From the IMG/VR virus record IMGVR_UViG_2861038214_000003, positions 1 through 47,202 of that record: DNA of 47,202 nt. One strand, 5' to 3'. The DNA is from a virus. Its lineage: Duplodnaviria > Heunggongvirae > Uroviricota > Caudoviricetes. Below the pieces are notes generated by a model. The model searched no databases. It had not been told where the DNA came from and was given only the letters and a program-made list of their open reading frames with translations. A program made the position numbers and the translations under genes. Below, one piece after another: positions 24,315-32,314 of the stretch; position 1 is the stretch's first letter; each line of letters begins with the position of its first letter.

Positions 24315-25203
24315 TTGTCACCCCTATTGATATGCAGGGTGTCTTCTTCCTGTATTTTTCGTGAAGGATTTTTACTGCAGCGTTGTTCCAGGTGACCTGA
24401 TGGTGAATGCGTTTATGGCTGGCACCCATCAGTGAGATTTTTACGCACGACGGCGCATACATGACGGAGTAAAAACTTTTAACGTAGGTTCCGGAATCCA
24501 GATACAGCTCGGTCATTCCGCCGCTGTTTTTCTGCGTCTGTTTCTGCCCTAACTGGACAGCACCGATCGTCATGAACAATTCACCACAGCGACCGAGATT
24601 CGTGTACGTATTCACATCCTCGTTAATGCGCCCCATGAATGAGAACGGTCGATCAACCGAACAGATAAAGCTGTTCATTGCCTTGCGTTTCACCCACGAA
24701 GCATGGCCGCCATTGTCACCAAGAAAATCCCCGCCCTGCGACATAGCGATGGAAAGAGCAGGTATTGATTCGTAGTACGCCAGCATTTCAGAAAGGATCG
24801 CATCCAGTTTCCTTATCGGAAAATAGGCCTGGTCATAGTTGCGATCCACCCGAAACTGGAACTCGTGATAATCATCATCGAGCTGAATGAAGTATTTACA
24901 CCCGACCAGTTTTGCCAGGTCGAAACAGGCATTGCGGGCGTAAAAAATTGAGCGGCGGTCACAGAAATTATCGGCTTCGTCAAAACGACTGGCGATATCG
25001 GCTTTGGAAAACACCAGCACCTGTTCACCAAATTCAGCCATGTACTGATTCCGTGTCTTATCTTCATCATCAACAACGATAAAAATTTTCCCGGTATAGC
25101 CAGCACGACGCAACGTCCGGTAAGTCAGAACTTTGTCCGGTCGCCCGTGAGTCAGAATAAAGGCGCAAAAATCATCACGCATATTCCTCCTCCTCACCAC
25201 CAT
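24250..25203 (-). CDS. Hypothetical protein with GT-A glycosyltransferase-like motifs (tentative)
   Basis: FILTHGRPD, IVVDDED and QLDDDY resemble the N-terminal strand, DD and DxD motifs of GT-A enzymes; judged by eye only. Confidence 0.45.
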   Translation of the reverse strand: MVVRRRNMRDDFCAFILTHGRPDKVLTYRTLRRAGYTGKIFIVVDDEDKTRNQYMAEFGEQVLVFSKADIASRFDEADNFCDRRSIFYARNACFDLAKLVGCKYFIQLDDDYHEFQFRVDRNYDQAYFPIRKLDAILSEMLAYYESIPALSIAMSQGGDFLGDNGGHASWVKRKAMNSFICSVDRPFSFMGRINEDVNTYTNLGRCGELFMTIGAVQLGQKQTQKNSGGMTELYLDSGTYVKSFYSVMYAPSCVKISLMGASHKRIHHQVTWNNAAVKILHEKYRKKTPCISIGVTNDSVFESRVSGSVPDDCTTNR

Positions 25204-25966
25204 GCATGATCTCCACCATGCGCTGCGTCATCCGGACAAATCCATTTTCAATAGCCTGCTGATAATCAATGATCACCAGCGCCGACTCCTCGAAAAAACA
25301 CTGAATTTCAGAGGGGGCGTGAGCGTAATAGTCCGCAATTCTGCTGAAATTAAACACCGTGTGACGTTCTGCCGCACACAGGAGGAATTTCTCAATATCA
25401 GGCTCAAGGGACGCCGAACGTATCCGGCTGATCAGCTCCTGAGTTTTCGTATCGTCGTACAGTTCACTGATATCCGGTTTACCGCCCGACGGCTCATAAA
25501 CAGGCGTATCAATTTTCGTCGTATACGGCTCCTCCTCATTTCCTGTACCGGGCAAAACATCCGTCAACAGTTCATCAATTTCTGTCGGGATGAAGCCTGT
25601 CAGGGAGACATCAAAATCAGCATTGATTAGGTCCGACAGCTCCATCCGCAACAGATCTTCATCCCAGCCAGCATTCATCGGCAGGCGATTATCTGCCAGG
25701 CGGTACGCCTTTTTCTGCTCATCCGTCAGGCCAGACAGAACAATGACCGGAACAGAATCCATTTTGAGCATTTCAGCCGCCATAACACGACCGTGACCCG
25801 CAATAATTTCGCCCTTTTCGTCAATCAGCACCGGATTAGTCCAGCCGAATTGCTTAATACTTTCTACCAGTTGTGCCACCTGCTCAGTACTGTGCGTCCT
25901 GGCGTTGTGCGCATACGGTGACAATTCTTGTAATGGGCGATAGACTATCTTTAATTTCTCGCTCAT
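25175..25966 (-). CDS. ParB-like nuclease domain protein (ParB/Srx N-terminal fold), acidic C-terminus
   Basis: ..NPVLIDEKGEIIAGHGRVMAA.. is the ParB-Nterm GxxR-type motif. Confidence 0.7.
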   Translation of the reverse strand: MSEKLKIVYRPLQELSPYAHNARTHSTEQVAQLVESIKQFGWTNPVLIDEKGEIIAGHGRVMAAEMLKMDSVPVIVLSGLTDEQKKAYRLADNRLPMNAGWDEDLLRMELSDLINADFDVSLTGFIPTEIDELLTDVLPGTGNEEEPYTTKIDTPVYEPSGGKPDISELYDDTKTQELISRIRSASLEPDIEKFLLCAAERHTVFNFSRIADYYAHAPSEIQCFFEESALVIIDYQQAIENGFVRMTQRMVEIMHGGEEEEYA

Positions 25967-26103
25967 ACAGCCTTGCTTTATGAATAAAACGCACCCCAGC
26001 AGCCAGTGCTACTGGGGACGGAGGTGTTGCTGGTAAAGTTAGGTATTGGATCAATGAGTGAGTCAACATAATATTAAACTCACAATTATAAATCAGCCAT
26101 ATA

Positions 26104-27561
26104 TTAGGAGCGCCAAAAAAAACCTGAAAACAATATAATAACAGGATAAATTTCAAGGCGACCAAGAATCATAGCTATGCACATTAAACATTTTGCAATG
26201 TCATTAAGCACTCCGAATGACGATGCAGTAGCCCCAAAACCTAATCCCATATTATTAATACATGCAGCCACTGTTGCAAATGATGTAAGAAAATCATATC
26301 CCATACCATTTAACACCAGTATAAAAAACACCGTGAAGAGAGTATAAAGAAAAAAGAAACTCCATACAGACCTCATTACACGATCTGTAACTATCTTCCC
26401 TCCTACATTTACACTCAACAACGCTCTGGGATGAGAAAGCTGATTTATCTCGTGTTTGCTTTGTTTGAAAAGTATAAGAAATCGAAGTGACTTAATTCCA
26501 CCACAAGTTGAACCTATACATCCCCCAAAGAAACTTGACAACAGCAAAAACACTATCGTGTGCGTGGGCCAACTTGCATAATCCTGCGTAGCTAAACCAT
26601 TATCAGTGAGCATGGAGCTGGCAAGAAAAAACGAATGAATAAAACTTCCATGCAAGTCATACATACCTATATGCCAGACCTGGAAAGAGGTAACAATGAT
26701 CACCCCTAAGGCTATTAACAGAAAGAAACGAAGTTCAATATCTCTGATTAAAGGTTTTATCGTTTTCCTGCTAATAACAATATACCAAAGAGTGAAGTTG
26801 AAAGCCGATAGCAGGGAAAAAGAACCAGCCACCAGCTCAACCAAATAGTTATTAAAATATCCGATACTCTCGCTATGAGTTGAGAAACCACCAAGCGAAA
26901 CTGTGGAAATCCCGTGACAAATAGCATCAAACAAAGGCATTCCTGCAAGTCTATAACAGACAATACAAGCAATACCTAATAAAGAATAAGTTATCCACAG
27001 TGTCCGTGACGTATCGGCCAGGCGGGGAGTGAGTTTGTCATCCTTAAATGGCCCCGGCATTTCTGACTGATAAAGCTTTGCACCACCAATACCCAATAAT
27101 GGCAATACAGCAACCGCCAGAACAATAACTCCTAAACCACCTATAAAATTTAACTGTGACCGATAGTACAAATATGCCCGAGGTAATGAACTAACATCAT
27201 CAATTACAGTTGCTCCTGTTGTTGTTATTCCAGAAACCCCTTCAAACAGAGCATCAATGAACGTTAAATTAAGTTCTGAGTCAATCCATAAAGGGAATGC
27301 ACTAATAACAGAAAACAAAATCCAAAACATTACAATTATAATAAACCCATCACGGGTACGTAATTGAATGCCAGATTTCTTAGTTGTATACCACGCTCCG
27401 CCACCAATGCAAAAAAATATAACGAAAGTTATAAAGAAAACGAACAGGCTTTTTTCTTTATAAAACAATGCTACAACCATTGGTGGCAACATTGAAAGAC
27501 TATAGAGCCAAACCAGGAACCCACACATATGAGTAACAACTCTTACATGAGATGTATTCAT
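26104..27561 (-). CDS. trkG: Trk-system potassium uptake membrane protein TrkG
   Basis: From MNTSHVRVVTHMCGFLVWLY.. the protein matches my recollection of K-12 TrkG (Rac prophage); the ORF also extends 6 codons upstream to 27579. The region is visibly AT-rich. Confidence 0.9.
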   Translation of the reverse strand: MNTSHVRVVTHMCGFLVWLYSLSMLPPMVVALFYKEKSLFVFFITFVIFFCIGGGAWYTTKKSGIQLRTRDGFIIIVMFWILFSVISAFPLWIDSELNLTFIDALFEGVSGITTTGATVIDDVSSLPRAYLYYRSQLNFIGGLGVIVLAVAVLPLLGIGGAKLYQSEMPGPFKDDKLTPRLADTSRTLWITYSLLGIACIVCYRLAGMPLFDAICHGISTVSLGGFSTHSESIGYFNNYLVELVAGSFSLLSAFNFTLWYIVISRKTIKPLIRDIELRFFLLIALGVIIVTSFQVWHIGMYDLHGSFIHSFFLASSMLTDNGLATQDYASWPTHTIVFLLLSSFFGGCIGSTCGGIKSLRFLILFKQSKHEINQLSHPRALLSVNVGGKIVTDRVMRSVWSFFFLYTLFTVFFILVLNGMGYDFLTSFATVAACINNMGLGFGATASSFGVLNDIAKCLMCIAMILGRLEIYPVIILFSGFFWRS

Positions 27562-27698
27562 ATCTAAATATTCTTTCAATTATAACCACCTTGCTGCAAT
27601 ATTATGATTATACTGTATAAAATTTAACTCCTCTTAGATCTTACTTCACTGTTCCTTATGAAACAATCATCAAAATGAATCATATTGTAGTTAAGATT

Positions 27699-28163
27699 TT
27701 ACTTTAAACACTGCTCGGTTATGTATTGCTGAGCACCTTCAAGTTGGGCCTGCATCATTACCAGTCGTTCCCGGAGGGTGAAATAATCCCGTTCAGCGGT
27801 GTCTGCCAGTCGGGGGGAGGCTGCATTATCCACGCCGGAGGCGGTGGTGGCTTCACGCACTGACTGACAGACTGCTTTGATGTGCAACCGACGACGACCA
27901 GCGGCAACATCATCACGCAGAGCATCATTTTCAGCTTTCGCATCAGCTAACTCCTTCGTGTATTTTGCATCGAGCGCAGCAACATCACGCTGACGCATCT
28001 GCATGTCAGTAATTGCCGCGTTCGCCAGCTTCAGTTCTCTGGCATTTTTGTCGCGCTGTTCTTTGTAGGCGATGGCGTTATCACGGTAATGATTAACACC
28101 CCATGACAGGCAGACGACGATGCAGATAACCAGAGCGGAGATAATCGCGGTTACTCTGCTCAT
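27699..28163 (-). CDS. Rz: Spanin, inner-membrane subunit Rz
   Basis: Closely matches lambda Rz from memory ([15 protein letters not shown]..). Confidence 0.95.
   Translation of the reverse strand: MSRVTAIISALVICIVVCLSWGVNHYRDNAIAYKEQRDKNARELKLANAAITDMQMRQRDVAALDAKYTKELADAKAENDALRDDVAAGRRRLHIKAVCQSVREATTASGVDNAASPRLADTAERDYFTLRERLVMMQAQLEGAQQYITEQCLK
27758..27943 (-). CDS. Rz1: Spanin, outer-membrane lipoprotein Rz1, embedded in the +1 frame of Rz
   Basis: [24 protein letters not shown].., lipobox VVGC, Pro-rich, lambda Rz1-like. Confidence 0.9.
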   Translation of the reverse strand: MRKLKMMLCVMMLPLVVVGCTSKQSVSQCVKPPPPPAWIMQPPPDWQTPLNGIISPSGNDW

Positions 28164-28636
28164 ACCTCAATCTCTCTGACCGTTCCGCCAGCTTCTTTGA
28201 ATTTTGCAATCAGACTGTCAGCCTTATGCTCGAACTGACCATAACCAGCGCCCGGCAGTGAAGCCCATATATTGCTGCAACGGTCGATAGCCTGACGGAT
28301 ATCACCGCGATCAATCATCGGCAAAGCGCCACGCTCTTTAATCTGCTGCAGCGCTACAGCATCCTGACTTTCTGGAGAAAAATCTTTCAGGCCAAGTTGC
28401 TTGCGGTAGGCATCCCACCAGCGTGAAAGAAGCTGGTAACGTCCAGCGGCTGTTGATTTGAGTTTCGGATTTAGCGTGACAAGTTTGCGGGGGTGATCGG
28501 AGTAATCAGTGAACAGTTCGCCACCGACAATAACATCATAACCGTGATTTCTGGTTTTCTGCCGTCCGTTATCTGTTCCTTCTGACCATGCCACCATATC
28601 AAGGAAAGCTTTACGCTGGGAATTAAGTGTCTGCAT
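28160..28636 (-). CDS. R: Endolysin (lambda R-like lytic transglycosylase)
   Basis: 158 aa, closely matching lambda R from memory (..[32 protein letters not shown]..). Confidence 0.95.
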   Translation of the reverse strand: MQTLNSQRKAFLDMVAWSEGTDNGRQKTRNHGYDVIVGGELFTDYSDHPRKLVTLNPKLKSTAAGRYQLLSRWWDAYRKQLGLKDFSPESQDAVALQQIKERGALPMIDRGDIRQAIDRCSNIWASLPGAGYGQFEHKADSLIAKFKEAGGTVREIEV

Positions 28637-28639
28637 TAA

Positions 28640-28990
28640 TTACTCCTTATGGGCACCGAACTTGTTACCGATGACCCTCATTGCCGCACCACGAATAGCA
28701 TCAACACCAATCAGCCCCACCCCACCACCAATGGCAACAGAAAGTGATTTAGGCCATCCGACATACTCAAGCGCGGATGCAAAGGTCAGCGTCAGAGCAC
28801 CACAAAGCAGAATCTCAAGCGTTTTTCGTTTCCAGCCGCCGCCACCGCCAAAATAGGCAATGCGCAAACCAGCCATAATAATTGACATAACCACTGCACC
28901 CAGCGGCGTATCTCCACGCCACCAACTTTGTAAGAGTTCCAGTAAGTCAGGCCAGGAATGAGGGGCATTGTGCATTTTCATAAGCCTCAC
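28640..28990 (-). CDS. Holin (not lambda S-like), three predicted TM segments, MRLMKMH N-terminus with alternative Met starts
   Basis: Position immediately upstream of the endolysin; hydrophobic segments; several Met codons in the first six residues. Confidence 0.75.
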   Translation of the reverse strand: MRLMKMHNAPHSWPDLLELLQSWWRGDTPLGAVVMSIIMAGLRIAYFGGGGGWKRKTLEILLCGALTLTFASALEYVGWPKSLSVAIGGGVGLIGVDAIRGAAMRVIGNKFGAHKE

Positions 28991-29079
28991 CTCCGAGAGT
29001 TCGGATGGTGCTAAGTGTAAGATTCAGGCTCTCAGGCTTGCTAACAAGAAGTCGAGGATGTTTCCGGAGCCTAACAACG

Positions 29080-29104
29080 AAAAAGCCCCGGGACATGCCG
29101 GGGC
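29080..29104 (-). terminator. Candidate intrinsic terminator just upstream of the holin (tR'-like position)
   Basis: Minus strand GCCCCGG-catgtc-CCGGGGC followed by TTTTT. Confidence 0.5.
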
Positions 29105-29198
29105 CAGATGGAGTGCCAGATTAAGCTTCTGGCGGTATATACTCGTGTTTGATATCGTTAAATCGCCAAAAGTAACAATTCAAACAAAGAGGATTTTT

Positions 29199-29360
29199 AT
29201 GTCTGAAAAAAACAAACCACAAGGTGAAAATAAACCTCAGCACCCCGTGGCACCAAAACCAACTCCAACACAAAGTACTACAGACTTTGCTACACGTCGT
29301 GTTTTTGTTGGAGATTCTGCCGACTCAGTCATTGAACATATAAAAAAACAGCCGAGATAA
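29199..29360 (+). CDS. Small basic/Pro-rich ORF (53 aa), opposite strand, overlapping the end of the membrane-protein ORF
   Basis: AAGAGG RBS 7 nt before the ATG; MSEKNKPQGENKPQHPVAPKPTPTQSTTDFATRRVFVGDSADSVIEHIKKQPR. Confidence 0.3.
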   Translation: MSEKNKPQGENKPQHPVAPKPTPTQSTTDFATRRVFVGDSADSVIEHIKKQPR

Positions 29361-29898
29361 ACATCGCCGCTACCGGAGCAAGGATGGTATACATCCTTGC
29401 TTTATCGAGACTCGTGCGGATTTTCTCATTTTCCAACAGTAACTCTCTTGCTGTATCACTCAAGTCAACAAGGCGATACCTTCGTATAAGCGGCAATAAC
29501 TTATCAGGTCCTAAATATCCTGCATCAGCGAATATTTTAAAGCTCGAGGGCTCCATATCCTTATATTTTTCATGATATAGATGATCAGGAGGGGCATTGA
29601 TCAGGCCCCTAACCTTCACAGATAAACCAGTACATACCAAGTAAATGGCGCACCATGTCCATAGTAATGTAAATGTGGTAATTCCGGCGGTGAGAAAATC
29701 GAAATTAGTTTTCTGTGTCAGCAATAAAAAAGATGAACCAATTCCAACAATCTGAATGTTCAGAAGTTTGTATCCATTCTCAACATTGGTTTTGTTAGAA
29801 AGATGAATCTCTCGTATCGTCTCTTCCCCTTGTTTTTCAAGATAATCGACGAGCTCATCATCTACTCCTAAAAAATAATCTTTAGGTAGTTCTCTCAT
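29329..29898 (-). CDS. Hypothetical membrane protein (cargo between Q-like gene and holin)
   Basis: 189-aa ORF with about three hydrophobic helices; AT-rich; occupies the Q-to-S slot where lambdoid phages carry late-expressed morons. Confidence 0.5.
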   Translation of the reverse strand: MRELPKDYFLGVDDELVDYLEKQGEETIREIHLSNKTNVENGYKLLNIQIVGIGSSFLLLTQKTNFDFLTAGITTFTLLWTWCAIYLVCTGLSVKVRGLINAPPDHLYHEKYKDMEPSSFKIFADAGYLGPDKLLPLIRRYRLVDLSDTARELLLENEKIRTSLDKARMYTILAPVAAMFISAVFLYVQ

Positions 29899-30119
29899 CT
29901 CACCTCCACATCCTGTACTGAAAACAATTTTACCAGAATGTCTCGATTCTAGGTATTCCGCCAGGAATCGCGCTCCAGAAATGAAACATCAGGTTCGCCA
30001 GTACCAGAAACAACAAAACCCGCTCAATGGCGGGTTCTGGTAAAGTTCATGCGCTTGGTTCGCCTCGCGATACAGCTTTGCGAAGCATACCGGAATTGAA
30101 GCAGTTTATGCGTAAAAAA

Positions 30120-30662
30120 TCAAGCTATTTTTTGAGCAAATGATTCTCGCATGGGAATATATAGGGCATACTCAGCAACAGCCAACCAATTAGCAATTCG
30201 CTTTTCGCATGTGCTAAAACACCACTCAGGATGTGCATCATTTAGCAATTCAGCCATTTTGCGCTTAGTCATCCCCCGTCCTTCATACCGTTGCCGGAGG
30301 ACACTAATCAATCCAGGATGCTCTGCCAGCACCTCACTTATGACTCTATCAATACATAACGCCTCTGCATCAGTACAATGCGCCAGCCAGATCTTTTGCT
30401 TGCCATTGATCATCTCTCGCAAAAACGCTTCCAGCTCAGGTTTCTCTATTCCCGCTTTTTTCATCCTGCGCAGGGCTTCATTGACGGCTGTTTTCGTCAA
30501 TTTTTTGGATGCCAGCAACTGGTTAAACATATTTCCCGTCTTACCGCCGCCAATATACGACCAGCGCCCCCACATGCGCAGTTTTCCCTGAATCCAGACA
30601 CTTTCCAGCGTGGTGAGACGAAGGTGTTCCCCGCTTTTGCCTGTATTTGTTGGGTAAATCAT
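30120..30662 (-). CDS. Putative late-gene antiterminator (Q-like), assigned by position; start refined to the ATG overlapping the ybcO-like stop
   Basis: ATGA start/stop overlap with the upstream gene; last gene before the lysis cassette; sequence not confidently matched to a Q family. Confidence 0.4.
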   Translation of the reverse strand: MIYPTNTGKSGEHLRLTTLESVWIQGKLRMWGRWSYIGGGKTGNMFNQLLASKKLTKTAVNEALRRMKKAGIEKPELEAFLREMINGKQKIWLAHCTDAEALCIDRVISEVLAEHPGLISVLRQRYEGRGMTKRKMAELLNDAHPEWCFSTCEKRIANWLAVAEYALYIPMRESFAQKIA

Positions 30663-30949
30663 AAATAACCTTCCTTTCTCCAGATTTCTTGTGTGCGAAA
30701 AACACCTTCTGCATGCATCAGGCGTAATTCTTCTTTGGTGTAATCGCTGGTTTTTACCCGCCCGTCGATTAAATCGTGGCATGAGCTACAGGCAATCGCT
30801 GCCTGCATATCGTGTGGTTTTGTCGCTGTTCCGCACGTCCCCGCCAGCCTGTAATGCGCCAGCACAGATGTTTCGGGATTGTGATTGCAGTAGCCAGGAA
30901 TTCTGACGGTGCACATCTGCCCCCGCGCCGCTTTACGTAAATCCACCAT
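30659..30949 (-). CDS. YbcO-like (DUF1364) putative zinc-binding nuclease
   Basis: MVDLRKAARGQMCTVRIPGYCNHNPETSVLAHYRLAG.. resembles DLP12 YbcO as I recall it; Cys-rich. Confidence 0.7.
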   Translation of the reverse strand: MVDLRKAARGQMCTVRIPGYCNHNPETSVLAHYRLAGTCGTATKPHDMQAAIACSSCHDLIDGRVKTSDYTKEELRLMHAEGVFRTQEIWRKEGYL

Positions 30950-31548
30950 TACGCAAACTCCAGCAGCTGCGCGGCCACATTTTCGACTTGTTCCGGAGAG
31001 GAAAATTTACGGAACAGAATCCAGTTCCACAGCACATTCAGAACAGATTTATAAACCTGCTGAAACTCGGTTTCGTCCATATTCGCAAAAGCGATAGATT
31101 TTGCCCGACGCCCGCGGCTACCGTCCGGATAAAAATGTTCGGTGTAAAATCCAGCCTGAATGGTTACCCACTCGCGAAAAGCCTCAAACGACTTTAGCAA
31201 TGCCGTATCCCGGGTTCTGCGTGTCGCAACTGTATTCAGATATTGCTCTGCGGCATCACTCAGGGCTGGCGTGTGTTCCCGACCAACTGATTCGCACAGG
31301 TAATCAACGAAACCAGACAGCAGTTCTCGTTCGCGAGGCGTGATCGCCCCACCGACCGGAGTCCAGTAATCGAATCCCAGTTGCAGGAGTTTGAAAAAAC
31401 GCTTGTGGAATGCGTAGTTACGCACACGCTTAAAGTCTGCGTGTATCCACTCGCCTATTTTGATTTGATGCAGAAAATCACAACTCTCCGGCGTCGCCGG
31501 GAGAAGTAATCCGGAAGAGGTTTGTTTGACCAGTTGTATATGCGCCAT
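30949..31548 (-). CDS. Conserved nin-region phage protein (possibly YbcN/DUF1367-like)
   Basis: 199-aa ORF; TAATG stop/start overlap with the ybcO-like gene. Confidence 0.5.
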   Translation of the reverse strand: MAHIQLVKQTSSGLLLPATPESCDFLHQIKIGEWIHADFKRVRNYAFHKRFFKLLQLGFDYWTPVGGAITPRERELLSGFVDYLCESVGREHTPALSDAAEQYLNTVATRRTRDTALLKSFEAFREWVTIQAGFYTEHFYPDGSRGRRAKSIAFANMDETEFQQVYKSVLNVLWNWILFRKFSSPEQVENVAAQLLEFA

Positions 31549-31820
31549 TTCTTAATCTCTCGATGGCGCAGCGCAGCAGATGCCAGTTGTTCAGGCTGAC
31601 GTATGAAGTATAAATAAACTGGCTCCAGTGTAAAGCCCCACCTTAATGGAATAAAAACCAAACAACAGATTGCTGGGATACAAACAACGCTTATTATTAA
31701 AAGCGGTTAAACAAATTAAATTTTAATGTTATGCAAATCTGCCAGATCACCATAATATCTCATTTGAAAACCGCTGAAATAACAACCCTATTAGGGTTAA
31801 TCATATTAAGGTGAGTAAAT

Positions 31821-31907
31821 ATGGAAAACAACAAATCTGCACATTACGTTCCTTTTTTATCTGTAATACTTTTTGTTTTATGCTGTGCGTGGGCATTATT
31901 TTTATAA
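31821..31907 (+). CDS. 28-aa hydrophobic peptide (candidate small membrane or toxin-like peptide)
   Basis: Strong RBS TAAGGTGAG 7 nt before the ATG; MENNKSAHYVPFLSVILFVLCCAWALFL*; found by hand. Confidence 0.35.
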   Translation: MENNKSAHYVPFLSVILFVLCCAWALFL

Positions 31908-32013
31908 AAATATTCACAGATAAAATATACCCGCCAAAGTTGGTTAAGTGCGGGTGCGTTGAGGATGCCTGACTCATCAGAGGTGGCGAGGGATTTCTCC
32001 CTCGCCTGGTCTC

Positions 32014-32166
32014 TCACTCCTCAGGTTCGTAAGCTGTGAAGACAGCGACCTCCGTCTGACCGGTTCGGATTTGTACCTCGCAGAAGTCTTTCCTTGTTAC
32101 CAGTGCCATCACAACGACGGTAATACAGATGACAATCAGGGCGATTAACATCGTCTTTTGCTGCAT
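32014..32166 (-). CDS. hokD: Hok/Gef-family type I toxin (HokD/RelF-like)
   Basis: Hand translation MQQKTMLIALIVICITVVVMALVTRKDLCEVQIRTGQTEVAVFTAYEPEE* closely matches HokD/RelF from memory; a 9-bp-stem hairpin lies just 3' (31986-32007). Confidence 0.85.
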   Translation of the reverse strand: MQQKTMLIALIVICITVVVMALVTRKDFCEVQIRTGQTEVAVFTAYEPEE

Positions 32167-32314
32167 CACAGCCTACTTACCCTTACCTTTCGTTCAAGCG
32201 GTAAGGTCACTTTTTCTGTTGTGTGCTAACCAACAAACCTCTTTTATCTGCATTAAAAATCGTTATCATGTCATCCTCAACCTGTTAATAGCCTATTATG
32301 GACTTTAGTAAACA

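Noticed and set aside
28991-30119. tRNA genes or Shiga toxin genes between Q and the holin, as in Stx phages
   Set aside because: No cloverleaf-compatible segment was recognisable by eye, and the only ORFs are a membrane protein and a small basic ORF with no resemblance to StxA/StxB. A tRNA scan would be needed to exclude tRNAs fully.
30663-30782. 220-aa version of the Q-like ORF starting at 30782
   Set aside because: It would overlap the ybcO-like gene by 124 nt; the internal ATG at 30662 forms a classic ATGA coupling junction with the upstream stop.
31455-31661. 68-aa minus-strand ORF overlapping the ybcN-like start
   Set aside because: It overlaps the 5' end of a better-supported gene in another frame and has no RBS.
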